This document shows, one piece after another, positions 30,076-39,332 of a stretch of DNA of 64,000 nt. Made by a program: the position numbers and the translations under genes. Every line of letters begins with the position of its first letter. Positions within the stretch are counted from its first letter, which is position 1. Source of the stretch: Gemmatimonadales bacterium (lineage in GTDB: Bacteria > Gemmatimonadota > Gemmatimonadetes > Gemmatimonadales > GWC2-71-9); the NCBI GenBank assembly GCA_041615815.1, contig JBFJCP010000006.1, forward strand, positions 76,131-140,130. Direction: 5' to 3'. The notes beneath the pieces are model-generated. The model worked only from the letters and a program-made list of their open reading frames with translations, was not told where the DNA came from and searched no databases.

Positions 30076-30441
30076 ATGACCCAAGCAACTCGGCGCAAGG
30101 TGTTGTTCGTCGAAGATCAAGCCGATCTGCGGAAGGCGTACGCCCGGTACTTCAAAGACCGATTCGACATGGCCTTTGCCGGTACGGGAGCAGAAGCGAT
30201 GGCCGAGTTCGCCAGTTTCACGCCCGAAGTGGTGGTCCTGGACATGCAATTACCCGACACTGACGGGATCGATCTCTTGCGGCAGCTCCGGGTCAAGCAG
30301 CCCGAGATTCCCGCTATCATCACGACCGCGTATAGCAGCATGGAACCGCTAGTCGAGGTCCTCGGGATGGGCCATAGCGGGTATCTGGTCAAACCGTTCG
30401 ACTTGAACGACCTCGCCGCCTGCATCGATGCCGCCAACTGA
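30076..30441 (+). CDS. Single-domain response regulator (receiver)
   Basis: VLFVED, VVLDMQLPDTDG, ITTAY, YLVKPF. Confidence 0.92.
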   Translation: MTQATRRKVLFVEDQADLRKAYARYFKDRFDMAFAGTGAEAMAEFASFTPEVVVLDMQLPDTDGIDLLRQLRVKQPEIPAIITTAYSSMEPLVEVLGMGHSGYLVKPFDLNDLAACIDAAN

Positions 30442-31123
30442 CGTCGTCGTCAGGCTGGAAGGAGTCTCTCGCCGCTTCGGCCACCGCCTGATCCTCCAGG
30501 AAGTTTCGCTCGACGTTGCGCGCGGTGAGGCAATCTTACTCATCGGCAAGAACGGCGCGGGCAAGACCACGTTACTGCGCCTCATCGCCGGGCTCCTCAA
30601 GCCCACGATGGGGCGGATCGAGCGCCATGGGGGAGTCGGGATGGTAGCGCATCACACGATGCTCTACGATGCCCTCACGGCGCGCGAGAATCTCCGATTC
30701 TTCGCCAAGCTGCACGTCGTTTCGGCCCAGGGGAGCGTCGAGTCTCTGCTGGAGCGGGTTGGACTCACCGATGCGATGGATCAGCGAATCGGGACGTTCA
30801 GCCGGGGAATGCTACAACGACTGACGATTGCCAGAGCGCTGCTCCACGATCCGGCCATCCTGCTTTTGGACGAGCCGCTGAGCGGGTTGGACGACACCGG
30901 TTCTCAGGTCGTGATGGAGTTGTTCGCGGATCTCCGCGCCCGCGGCCGAGCCATCCTCATTGCCACCCACCAGATCGCCGAGCTCACGCCGCTGGGATCC
31001 CGCGTGGGGTATCTGGTCCAGGGTCGCATGGCTGCGTTGGAGCCGCTCGATGGACGTGGTGCGGACGCTGTGTTGGATCGCTACCGTTCACTCGTGAGCT
31101 ATCGTGGCCAACCGGCTGCTTAG
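30428..31123 (+). CDS. ccmA: Haem exporter ATP-binding protein
   Basis: GKNGAGKT, FSRGMLQRL, LLLDEP; upstream of ccmB and ccmC. Confidence 0.9.
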   Translation: MPPTDVVVRLEGVSRRFGHRLILQEVSLDVARGEAILLIGKNGAGKTTLLRLIAGLLKPTMGRIERHGGVGMVAHHTMLYDALTARENLRFFAKLHVVSAQGSVESLLERVGLTDAMDQRIGTFSRGMLQRLTIARALLHDPAILLLDEPLSGLDDTGSQVVMELFADLRARGRAILIATHQIAELTPLGSRVGYLVQGRMAALEPLDGRGADAVLDRYRSLVSYRGQPAA

Positions 31124-31787
31124 CGCGAGTCTCGCCATCGCCGGGAAAGACCTGGCCATCGAGTGGCGGACGAGAACGGCGTTCATCTCCTCCATGGTAT
31201 TTGCCGTTCTCGTGCTAGCAGTGCTGTTCTTTGCCCGCGACCCAACCGCGGTGGCGAACATCGACATCGCCCCGGGCGCCCTCTGGGTGACCTTCACGTT
31301 TGCCGCGATGGTGGGACTCAACCGGGCCTTTCTCCTGGAGCGCGAGAACCGGGCGTTGGACGGTCTGCTGCTGACTCCGGCTCCGCCGACTGCCATTTTC
31401 ATTGGGAAGGTGCTCGGGAACCTGGCTTTTGTGGGGGCCGTCGAACTCGCCGCCCTTCCCTTGTTCATTCTGTTTTACGACGTGGCGGTCTGGCGCCAAC
31501 TCCCGCAGCTGCTCCTCGTGACCGCGATGGCGACCGTGGCGTTCGTCGCCGTGGGCACCTTGCTGAGCTCGATGGTGGTGCGGACCCGATTCGCCGAGCT
31601 GATGCTGCCGGTCCTGTTGCTCCCGTTTCTCGTTCCCCCAGTGGTGGCTGCGGTTCAGCTCACGTCCCGCCTGCTCATTGGACGTCCCTTGAGTGAGCTG
31701 GCCGGCTGGCTTAAGTTGCTCGCCGCCTTCGATCTCGTCTTCGTACTCTTGTCCGTACTCCTATTTGAGGCGACTCTGGACGAATGA
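31104..31787 (+). CDS. ccmB: Haem exporter permease
   Basis: KDLAIEWR, FLLERENRALDGL, LPVLLLP. Confidence 0.92.
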   Translation: MANRLLSASLAIAGKDLAIEWRTRTAFISSMVFAVLVLAVLFFARDPTAVANIDIAPGALWVTFTFAAMVGLNRAFLLERENRALDGLLLTPAPPTAIFIGKVLGNLAFVGAVELAALPLFILFYDVAVWRQLPQLLLVTAMATVAFVAVGTLLSSMVVRTRFAELMLPVLLLPFLVPPVVAAVQLTSRLLIGRPLSELAGWLKLLAAFDLVFVLLSVLLFEATLDE

Positions 31788-32488
31788 CCGCTCGTGATCG
31801 CGCGCTTCGACTGGCTCGCATCGGACAGATGATCACCGCCGTCGCGTTACTCGGGTTGGCCGGCATCTTCATCCGGGCGCTGGTGTTCACACCCGTGGAG
31901 CGGTTTCAGGGGCCAGCACAAAAGATTTTCTATGTCCACGCCCCCGCGGCGTGGGCGGGACTGGTGGCGTTTGCCATCACGGGTCTCCTGAGTCTCCTCT
32001 ATCTGTTTCTCAAGGATCGAAAATTGGATCTCGTCGCGGCGTCATCCGCTGAAGTGGGCGTGGCGTTCGCGACGGTCATGCTGACCACCGGGCCCATTTG
32101 GGGCAAACCGATCTGGGGTACGTGGTGGACGTGGGATGCCCGGTTGACATCGACACTGTTCATTTTCCTGCTGTTCGTCGGGTACCTGGCCCTCCGAAAT
32201 GCCGTGACCGATCCTGGTACACGGGCGGCCTATTCAGCCGTTCTCGGCATCATGGCGCTGGTTTTGGTGCCGTTCATCCACGTCACCGTTTACTGGTTTC
32301 GCACGCTCCATCCCCAGCCCGTGCTGGTCAAGCCAGGCGCCCCCTCGCTGCCCGGCGTCATGCTGGTCACGCTCTTACTGTCCATAGTCGTGTTCACGGT
32401 CTTGTACCTCGGGTTCACGACCCAGCGCTACGCTCTCGCCCTTTTGCAGGAGCTACGGGAAGAGGAGTTCGCTCGTGGAGTTTCCTGA
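31784..32488 (+). CDS. ccmC: Haem exporter/chaperone-loading protein
   Basis: IFYVH, WGKPIWGTWWTWDARLT (WWD domain), RTLHP. Confidence 0.95.
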   Translation: MTARDRALRLARIGQMITAVALLGLAGIFIRALVFTPVERFQGPAQKIFYVHAPAAWAGLVAFAITGLLSLLYLFLKDRKLDLVAASSAEVGVAFATVMLTTGPIWGKPIWGTWWTWDARLTSTLFIFLLFVGYLALRNAVTDPGTRAAYSAVLGIMALVLVPFIHVTVYWFRTLHPQPVLVKPGAPSLPGVMLVTLLLSIVVFTVLYLGFTTQRYALALLQELREEEFARGVS

Positions 32489-32585
32489 CAATGGTGCCTA
32501 CATGGTAGCGGCGTACATCATTACGGCCGTCGTTGTGATCGTCTATGCGGCCTCATTGTTCATCCGGACCCGCCGGCACCGCTGA
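32475..32585 (+). CDS. ccmD: CcmD-like small membrane protein (36 aa)
   Basis: Hand-translated MEFPDNGAYMVAAYIITAVVVIVYAASLFIRTRRHR*. GAGGAG SD, canonical position after ccmC, YxxxAY plus TM plus basic tail. Confidence 0.8.
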   Translation: MEFPDNGAYMVAAYIITAVVVIVYAASLFIRTRRHR

Positions 32586-32594
32586 CCACCGTTC

Positions 32595-33512
32595 ATGAGC
32601 GCGCTCCGAATCGGCACCCGGAGTAGCGCGCTGGCTCTCTGGCAAGCCCGTCGCGTTCAACAGCTGCTTGCGAACGCAGACATCCCGTCTGAGCTCGTCG
32701 AGATCTCGACACTGGGCGATCGAGGAACCACGACATCGCCGACCACGGACGCGATCAAAGGGCTCTTCACCAAGGAAATCGAACACGCGCTCCTCTTTGG
32801 GAAGGTCGATCTGGCCGTGCATTCCCTCAAAGACTTGTGGGTGGAGCTCCCGGCAGGGTTGGTCTTGGCCGCCGTCCCGGAGCGAGCGGACCCACGGGAC
32901 GCGTTGTATGCACGTGGCGGCCGAGGACTCGATGCCCTAGCCTCAGGAGCCCGCGTGGGGACGTCGAGTCTCCGGCGGGCTGCCGCGCTGCGGCATGCGC
33001 GTCCGGACCTGCAAGTGCTGCCGCTACGTGGCAACGTGCCCACGCGGATGCGCCGCGTGGATGCAGGGGAGTTGGACGGCGCGGTGCTCGCCATGGCGGG
33101 GCTCGAGCGGCTCGGAACCGCCCGAGAGGCCGTGCCCCTCGATCCGGAACGATTCGTCCCCGCCCCGGGGCAAGGGGCATTGGCTGTCGAGGCCCGGGCC
33201 GAAGACCGCGACGTGCTGCAGATGATCGCAACACTGGACGATCCCGAGGCGCGGTGGGGCATCACCGCCGAACGTACCGCTATCGCGGCCCTGGGCGGCG
33301 GGTGCAACGTTCCGATCGGCGCGTTGGCAGCCGCAGCCGACGATGGACGGAGGTTGCACGTGGCGGTCTACCGGGAGGATGGCGGCGCGCCCCTCATGGT
33401 GCGCGTGGAGGTCGATCCCACGCGTCCTGAAGCTGCCGGGCATGCCGCCGCGGCGAAGCTCGTGCGGCTGGGCGTACGCGCCGTGCTCGAGAGCTGGAAT
33501 ACCGATGATTGA
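32595..33512 (+). CDS. hemC: Hydroxymethylbilane synthase
   Basis: IGTRSSALALWQ, KGLFTKE, AVHSLKD, GTSSLRR, LRGNV, GGGCNVP. Confidence 0.96.
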   Translation: MSALRIGTRSSALALWQARRVQQLLANADIPSELVEISTLGDRGTTTSPTTDAIKGLFTKEIEHALLFGKVDLAVHSLKDLWVELPAGLVLAAVPERADPRDALYARGGRGLDALASGARVGTSSLRRAAALRHARPDLQVLPLRGNVPTRMRRVDAGELDGAVLAMAGLERLGTAREAVPLDPERFVPAPGQGALAVEARAEDRDVLQMIATLDDPEARWGITAERTAIAALGGGCNVPIGALAAAADDGRRLHVAVYREDGGAPLMVRVEVDPTRPEAAGHAAAAKLVRLGVRAVLESWNTDD

Positions 33513-33524
33513 GGTCCGAGTCGA

Positions 33525-34502
33525 GTGAAAGGGTTTCCACAAATCCGCATGCGGCGCTTGCGGCGAAGCGTTGGTCTGCGACGCCTGGTGAGAGAAGCCC
33601 GGCTCGAGGCGGCCCAACTCGTATGGCCCGTGTTCTTCACGCACGGCACGCAGGAAGAGCCCATCCCCGCTATGCCCGGAGTTGCACGGTACCCGATTTC
33701 GGATGGCGCGAAGGTGGCTGCGCGGGCGAGCGACCTCGGACTCGGCGGGGTGCTGGTGTTCGGGGTTCCTGCATCCAAAGACCAAGTGGGAAGCGGAGCT
33801 TACGCCGCAGAGGGCGTCGTTCAGCGTGCGGTGAGCGCCCTCAAGCGGGCGGCACCTGGATTAGTGGTGATCACGGATGTCTGTTTGTGTGCGTATACCG
33901 ATCACGGCCACTGCGGTGTGGTGATCGACGGACAGATCGACAACGACGAGAGTGTCAAGCTGCTGGCCCAGACTGCGGTGTCGCATGCGCGGGCCGGCGC
34001 GGACATTGTCGCACCAAGTGACATGATGGACGGACGCGTCACCGCGATTCGCACCGCGCTAGACCACGCGGGTCAGGCCCACACGGCCATTCTCTCATAT
34101 GCGGCCAAGTACGCGTCTGCGTTCTACGGGCCGTTTCGCGAAGCGGCGGGGAGCGCTCCGCAGTTCGGCGACCGCCGATCGTACCAAATGGATCCGGGTA
34201 ACGGCGATGAGGCGCTGCGGGAGATCGAGTTGGATCTGGACGAGGGGGCCGATCTCGTGATGATCAAGCCCGGACTGCCGTGCTTGGACATCATCCGGCG
34301 AGCCAAAGATCGCTTTGGCGGTCCTATCGCCGCGTATCAGGTCAGTGGCGAGTACTCCATGATCAAACTCGCGGCCGAGCATGGGACACTGGACGGCCAG
34401 GCCACGATGCTCGAAGCGCTGCTTGCCTTACGACGGGCCGGTGCCGATATCATCGTGACGTACGCAGCACCGGATGTGGCCGCAACACTGCGAGCCCGTT
34501 GA
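33525..34502 (+). CDS. hemB: Porphobilinogen synthase
   Basis: DVCLCAYTDHGHCG, APSDMMDGR, MIKPG, AYQVSGEY. Confidence 0.97.
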   Translation: MKGFPQIRMRRLRRSVGLRRLVREARLEAAQLVWPVFFTHGTQEEPIPAMPGVARYPISDGAKVAARASDLGLGGVLVFGVPASKDQVGSGAYAAEGVVQRAVSALKRAAPGLVVITDVCLCAYTDHGHCGVVIDGQIDNDESVKLLAQTAVSHARAGADIVAPSDMMDGRVTAIRTALDHAGQAHTAILSYAAKYASAFYGPFREAAGSAPQFGDRRSYQMDPGNGDEALREIELDLDEGADLVMIKPGLPCLDIIRRAKDRFGGPIAAYQVSGEYSMIKLAAEHGTLDGQATMLEALLALRRAGADIIVTYAAPDVAATLRAR

Positions 34503-34506
34503 GCGT

Positions 34507-35208
34507 CTAGGTACCCTTCGCGCCACCGGCCTCCCGGCCCCGCGGCAGTAGGAGCCCTGCCCAGAGGAGTCCCGCCGCCGCCCCGCCCAAGAGCGGGCCG
34601 GCCCAGTACACGTAGTGTCCGTGCCATTCTTGCGCCACCAACGCCGGACCGAATGCGCGAACCGGGTTCATCGCGGCACCCGTGAGGGGACCTCCCGCGA
34701 GGATATCGAAGAGCAACACCAATCCGATCCCGAATCCCCCCACTTTGGGGGCCTCGGGTGAGATCGCGGTACCGAATACAGCGCTGACCAAGAACAGCGT
34801 CAGCAGTGCTTCGATGACGAGCGCTTCAGTGCCGGTGAGCGTTCCCGAGATTCGCGGAACCCCGTACCCCGTGACCTGACCAGCGAGGTCGGGGTACAGC
34901 CAGCGGACCATGAGCGCGGCAATGACGGCGGCGCCCACTTGCGTGGCGATGTAGAATGCGCCGGTTTGCGTGTCGATCTTCTTGGCCAACCAAACGCCAA
35001 ATGTCACGGCGGGGTTCAGATGCCCCCCGGAGATGGGCATGGTGGCGGTCACCATCACCGCGAAAACGATGGCGTGTGCCAGCGCGATTCCGGCGAGTCC
35101 GAGACCGCCGCCGGTGTGGGCGTCAGCCACCACCGCACCGGCTCCAATGAACACGAATGCAAATGTACCGAGAAACTCGGCCGCGAGAGGACGTGCGAGG
35201 GCGTGCAT
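34507..35208 (-). CDS. MIP/aquaporin family channel
   Basis: AEFLGTF, ISGGHLNPAVT, AMNPVRAFGP. Confidence 0.95.
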   Translation of the reverse strand: MHALARPLAAEFLGTFAFVFIGAGAVVADAHTGGGLGLAGIALAHAIVFAVMVTATMPISGGHLNPAVTFGVWLAKKIDTQTGAFYIATQVGAAVIAALMVRWLYPDLAGQVTGYGVPRISGTLTGTEALVIEALLTLFLVSAVFGTAISPEAPKVGGFGIGLVLLFDILAGGPLTGAAMNPVRAFGPALVAQEWHGHYVYWAGPLLGGAAAGLLWAGLLLPRGREAGGAKGT

Positions 35209-35255
35209 TGGATGCTCCGCTGAGGATAAGGGCGCAGTAAGGTAACTCGGAGCCG

Positions 35256-36488
35256 TCAGGACCGCTTCAGCACCAGGACGGCATTGACCCCACCGAACCC
35301 GAACGAGTTGGATACGATGGCCTCGGGAATTTCATTCAGCCCGCCGTTGGCGAGATAGTCGAGATCACAGTCAGGGTCGGGCGCCTCGAGGTTTACGGTG
35401 GGTGGGAGCCACCCCCGCTCCATTCCGAGGGCGCAAATCGCTACCTCGATGGCGCCGCTTGCTCCCAATGCATGACCGGAGTACGGCTTGGTGCCGCTGA
35501 TGGCGAGCTTGTAGGCGCGATCGCCAAATACCTGCTTGATCGCCAAGGTTTCCGTGGTGTCGTTCAGCACGGTGGACGATCCGTGCGCGTTGACGTAACC
35601 GATCTCGTGGGGCAACACATGCGCGTCCTGCAGCGCCAACCGTATGGCTCGGGCCGCCTCACGCCCGTCGGGTTTGGGCGCAGTCATGTGGTAGGCATCG
35701 TTGGTGAGACCATAGCCGGCGACTTCGGCATAGATACGAGCACCTCGAGCCGCCGCCCGATCGCGGCGCTCGAGCACCAGAACGGCTGCGCCCTCACCCA
35801 TTACGAATCCATCGCGTCCACGATCGAATGGGCGACACGCCGACGCAGGATCGTCATTCCGCGTCGACATGGCGCGGATAATGGTGAAGGCGCCGAAACA
35901 CAAGGGAGAGAGCGGCGCTTCAGACCCGCCGGCGAGCATGATGTCGGCTTCCCCTGCACGAATCGCGCGGGATGCCTCCCCCACCGCGACGGTGCCGGAG
36001 GCGCAGGACATGGCGTTGGTGCTGTTGGGACCGGTGATTCCAAATTGAATCGCGATGTTGCACGATACGGCACCCCCGAACACCGACAATGCCAGACCGG
36101 GATCTACACATTTGATTCCGTCCCGGCGATAAATCTCCGCTTGAGTTTCCGCGAGCCCAACACCACCCAGCGCCGAACCCATCATGACGCCTATCCGGTC
36201 GCGGTCCTCGCCAGCCGTATCGATCTCGGCGTCATGCATGGCCATACGCGCGGCGGCCACGCCGAGCTGAGAAAACCGGTCGAAGCGCCGGACCGCCTTG
36301 CGCGGCAAGTGATCCGCAGGGACGAAATCGTCCACCTCGGCAGCAATGCGAGAGCGGAACCCGGAGGCATCGAACCGCGTGATCTCTCGAATGGGCGAGC
36401 GCCGCGTTTGGAGACCGGCCCACAGCCCGTCCACCCCACTGCCCGTGGCGGTCACGCACCCGACGCCCGTAATAACGACGGCGGTCAT
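35256..36488 (-). CDS. Beta-ketoacyl synthase, FabF/type II KS fold
   Basis: VVITGVG, MSCASG (Cys), NAHGSST (His), KPYSGHALG (His), SNSFGFGG. ATGA overlap with the SRPBCC gene. Confidence 0.93.
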   Translation of the reverse strand: MTAVVITGVGCVTATGSGVDGLWAGLQTRRSPIREITRFDASGFRSRIAAEVDDFVPADHLPRKAVRRFDRFSQLGVAAARMAMHDAEIDTAGEDRDRIGVMMGSALGGVGLAETQAEIYRRDGIKCVDPGLALSVFGGAVSCNIAIQFGITGPNSTNAMSCASGTVAVGEASRAIRAGEADIMLAGGSEAPLSPLCFGAFTIIRAMSTRNDDPASACRPFDRGRDGFVMGEGAAVLVLERRDRAAARGARIYAEVAGYGLTNDAYHMTAPKPDGREAARAIRLALQDAHVLPHEIGYVNAHGSSTVLNDTTETLAIKQVFGDRAYKLAISGTKPYSGHALGASGAIEVAICALGMERGWLPPTVNLEAPDPDCDLDYLANGGLNEIPEAIVSNSFGFGGVNAVLVLKRS

Positions 36489-36931
36489 TGATGCTCCGCT
36501 TCCCGCTTCACGCCTGCCAACGTGCGTGAGGCGATGTGATGGATAAAGACGGGTCCGATCACGACGTTGGCCGCGAGACGGCCGATGAGCGGCCACCGCG
36601 GTCCGTCCCACACGTGCTCGATCGTCACATGCACGATTCCCCCACGCTCTTCGAGCCTCCATTCCACGTCCATTCCCGTGGTGATGCCCCGCACGTGGCG
36701 GTATCGGATCAGGTGATCGTGCGGGACGACCTCCATGACCGAGACCCACCAGGTAGGCCATCGGAGCGGCCCCACGAACGGCCGCCAGGCGGCCATCTCG
36801 ACGAGGTGCTGCTCCACCTGTCGCACCCATCGGTAGTGCGGGAGAAAGCCCGGCCAGCGCTCCACATTTTTGGCCACGGCAAACACCCGATCCATCGGCG
36901 CGCGGACGGTGGTGCGATCGATGGTTCTCAT
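36485..36931 (-). CDS. SRPBCC/polyketide cyclase-aromatase-like protein
   Basis: TTVRAPMDRVFAVAKNVERWPGFLPHY, MDVEWRL, VTIEH and a C-terminal helix (helix-grip pattern). Confidence 0.85.
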   Translation of the reverse strand: MRTIDRTTVRAPMDRVFAVAKNVERWPGFLPHYRWVRQVEQHLVEMAAWRPFVGPLRWPTWWVSVMEVVPHDHLIRYRHVRGITTGMDVEWRLEERGGIVHVTIEHVWDGPRWPLIGRLAANVVIGPVFIHHIASRTLAGVKREAEHQ

Positions 36932-37608
36932 GGCGATGGTGTAGCTACTGCGACGATGCGAAAACCGGGACGGCGATGCACCGTTCCGCTGAGCCCGGCT
37001 TCTCGGAGCAGATCCGTGAGTTCGGCGCATGTGAACCCACGCCGGACCGAGATGACCCCGTCACGACGGCTGATCCGGTGAAACGCGAGTGCGAACGACG
37101 CCAGCCAGATACCCCAGGCCGCCGAGCGTCGACGCTCGATATCGGCAATGACGACGCCGATTCGCACGGCTCGATGGAGCCGTTGCAGAAGGGGAACCAG
37201 CTCCTCCCGCGTGAGATGGTGGAGCAGCTGGCTTACGACCACGACATCCACCGAGCGAGGTCCGAGTGGCAGATCTCGTACATCTCCCACAATCACGGGA
37301 ATGTCATGCGTGCGGCACAGCCGGGCCGCCTCCCGATGCCAGTCGAGGGCCAGGGGACGAATGCCGATCCGCCGAGCCTTGACGTACCCGAGGATATCGC
37401 CCATGCCAGCTCCGACGTCCAGAATTGTGACGCGCTCTCCCGGCCGGTGCACCAGCAATCGGTCCAGGCCGAACGTCACCGCGGCACGACCTCCAAACAG
37501 GGTGTTGGCCTTGGCAACGTCGCGCAGTGTAGCGCGAGCCAGTGCCGGGTCGCACGCAGGGGAGTCGAGGGCCTCGCACCCCCGTGGAGGGAGCACACCG
37601 GATCTCAT
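36928..37608 (-). CDS. SAM-dependent methyltransferase domain protein
   Basis: ILDVGAGMGD, SVDVVVVSQLLHHL, DGVISVRRGF. Confidence 0.88.
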   Translation of the reverse strand: MRSGVLPPRGCEALDSPACDPALARATLRDVAKANTLFGGRAAVTFGLDRLLVHRPGERVTILDVGAGMGDILGYVKARRIGIRPLALDWHREAARLCRTHDIPVIVGDVRDLPLGPRSVDVVVVSQLLHHLTREELVPLLQRLHRAVRIGVVIADIERRRSAAWGIWLASFALAFHRISRRDGVISVRRGFTCAELTDLLREAGLSGTVHRRPGFRIVAVATPSP

Positions 37609-38096
37609 GGCCCTTCTCCAATGCCTGTGTAGCCACCGCGGAAATGGAGCAGCGGATGCCGCTCGAACGCCGCACCATCCACGACTCGTCCGAGGAACAC
37701 GGTGTGATCCCCCGCGTTCACGGATTCCCACTTCTGACACACCACGTGCGCCACCACTCCAAGCAGGAGTGGGATACCCCTCGCCGTAGTCCGATACGCA
37801 ACATCGTCAAACCGTGCCGCCGCCGCTCCCGCGAACTGACGAGAGAGTTCCTGTTGATCATTGGCCAACACGTTGATCGCGAACCCCGACGCGCCGTTCA
37901 TCGCATGGTGAAACGGGTCATCGTGATTGACACAGACCAGTACGAGGGGCGGGTCGAGCGAGACCGATGCCACGGCGGTGGCCGTCATTCCTTGTGGAGA
38001 TCCGTCTGAACCGCAGGTCGTGGCCACGGTTACGCCCGTCGCAAAGTGGCCGAGCAAATGCCGGAATTGCGCGGGGGTAGCAGAGGACGAGGCCAC
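37605..38096 (-). CDS. Flavin reductase (HpaC-like)
   Basis: FRHLLGHFATGVTV, SVSLDPPLVLVC, GDHTVFLG, PLLHFRG. GTG overlaps the upstream TAG. Confidence 0.93.
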   Translation of the reverse strand: MASSSATPAQFRHLLGHFATGVTVATTCGSDGSPQGMTATAVASVSLDPPLVLVCVNHDDPFHHAMNGASGFAINVLANDQQELSRQFAGAAAARFDDVAYRTTARGIPLLLGVVAHVVCQKWESVNAGDHTVFLGRVVDGAAFERHPLLHFRGGYTGIGEGP

Positions 38097-39304
38097 TATC
38101 GCACCAACTGCCAGGCAAACGACGGCCGAAGCACCACCGAAGGGGGCACGAAGTCGCCCGCCACCCCCACCAGGAGGTGGGCCAGCCGCGGTCTGGCGGC
38201 GAGCCGCTGTGCGATATGATCGAAGAGCGCGGGCGACCCAACTGCCAAGCCAATCACGCGTTCCACGATCCACTTGCCCCGAAACGCGCGTCGTCGCGCG
38301 GCGTCGTACGGTGCGAGGTGTGAGCGCTCTAGCCGATCGTGGTGGAGTAGGGGGGCGAGGATCCCCTCGACCAGTTCGGCGCCGTGCAACGCTGCGTAAA
38401 TACCCTCACCGGTGAAAGGATCGTAGAAATCCGCCGCGTCGCCCACGAGCAGCGCTCGTCGGGTTGTGGCCCGCGACACCCAGCGCGCAAAAGGACCCAC
38501 GGCGCGAACCGGCGTCACGAACTCCGCCCCCGTGAGCCGTGTGGCCACGGCTGGGAAATGTTGCAGCAACGCCGCAAGCCATTCACGAGGCGGCGACGAG
38601 GGCGGGAATCGATGCACGTCGGTCACTGCCGCTACGTTGGTGACGCCGTCGCCAACCGGCGCGAGGCCCACGTACCCCAGTCGGCCTACGTGCATCTCTC
38701 CTACGTCGTGCACATCTCTCACCCCCGTCGCGTGCGTCACCAGCGCGACACGGTTCAGCCGCCCTCGCCTCCGCAGTTCCAATTGGCGCGCCAGGCGTGA
38801 GTTCAGGCCATCGGCGCCAATAATGACGCGGCCTCGGATACTGGCGCTACCGCGGGGTCCGCGAAACCGGACGACCCGCCCGCCCTGCACGGCCGGCTCC
38901 AGTACCTCGACCGTCGAAGCCTCCGAGAGGTGTGCGCCCCGGGACACCGCCATCTCCGCGAGGTGGGTGTCGAGAATCTCCCGTCGAATCGCGAGACCGT
39001 GATCGCGGAAGGCGCGGTAGGGTTGGGCATTTGCGAAACGCCCGACGAATGCAGTCCCGTTCGGCGAGACGATACGCATGCCGGCGAGACACGCGTGCGG
39101 TTGGGCTCTCAGACGCGCATCCACCCCAAGCCGGTGAAGCACCCTCCCGGCCTCTGGGCTGAGGTATTCCGCGCAGGGTTTGGATCGCGGAAACGTCGCG
39201 CGTTCCAGAAGCGCGACACGGTGGCCGCGTTCCGCGAGCAGCGCGGCGGTGACACAGCCGGCGGGCCCAGCGCCCACGACCACGACATCGTAGGTCGATC
39301 TCAT
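38096..39304 (-). CDS. FAD-dependent oxidoreductase (geranylgeranyl reductase/aromatic hydroxylase superfamily)
   Basis: YDVVVVGAGPAG, FPRSKPCAEYLSP, IGADGLNS, LVGDAADFYDPFTGEGI. Confidence 0.9.
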   Translation of the reverse strand: MRSTYDVVVVGAGPAGCVTAALLAERGHRVALLERATFPRSKPCAEYLSPEAGRVLHRLGVDARLRAQPHACLAGMRIVSPNGTAFVGRFANAQPYRAFRDHGLAIRREILDTHLAEMAVSRGAHLSEASTVEVLEPAVQGGRVVRFRGPRGSASIRGRVIIGADGLNSRLARQLELRRRGRLNRVALVTHATGVRDVHDVGEMHVGRLGYVGLAPVGDGVTNVAAVTDVHRFPPSSPPREWLAALLQHFPAVATRLTGAEFVTPVRAVGPFARWVSRATTRRALLVGDAADFYDPFTGEGIYAALHGAELVEGILAPLLHHDRLERSHLAPYDAARRRAFRGKWIVERVIGLAVGSPALFDHIAQRLAARPRLAHLLVGVAGDFVPPSVVLRPSFAWQLVR

Positions 39305-39332
39305 GGTTCGGATTCCCGAATCGGCGAAGGCC

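Noticed and set aside
35256..36931. Canonical type II PKS or housekeeping fab operon
   Set aside because: There is only one KS and no CLF, ACP, fabD, fabG or fabH nearby.
37605..39304. Flavin-dependent halogenase plus reductase pair
   Set aside because: The WxWxI halogenase motif is not present (the equivalent region reads GYVGLAPV), so it is kept as a generic FAD oxidoreductase.
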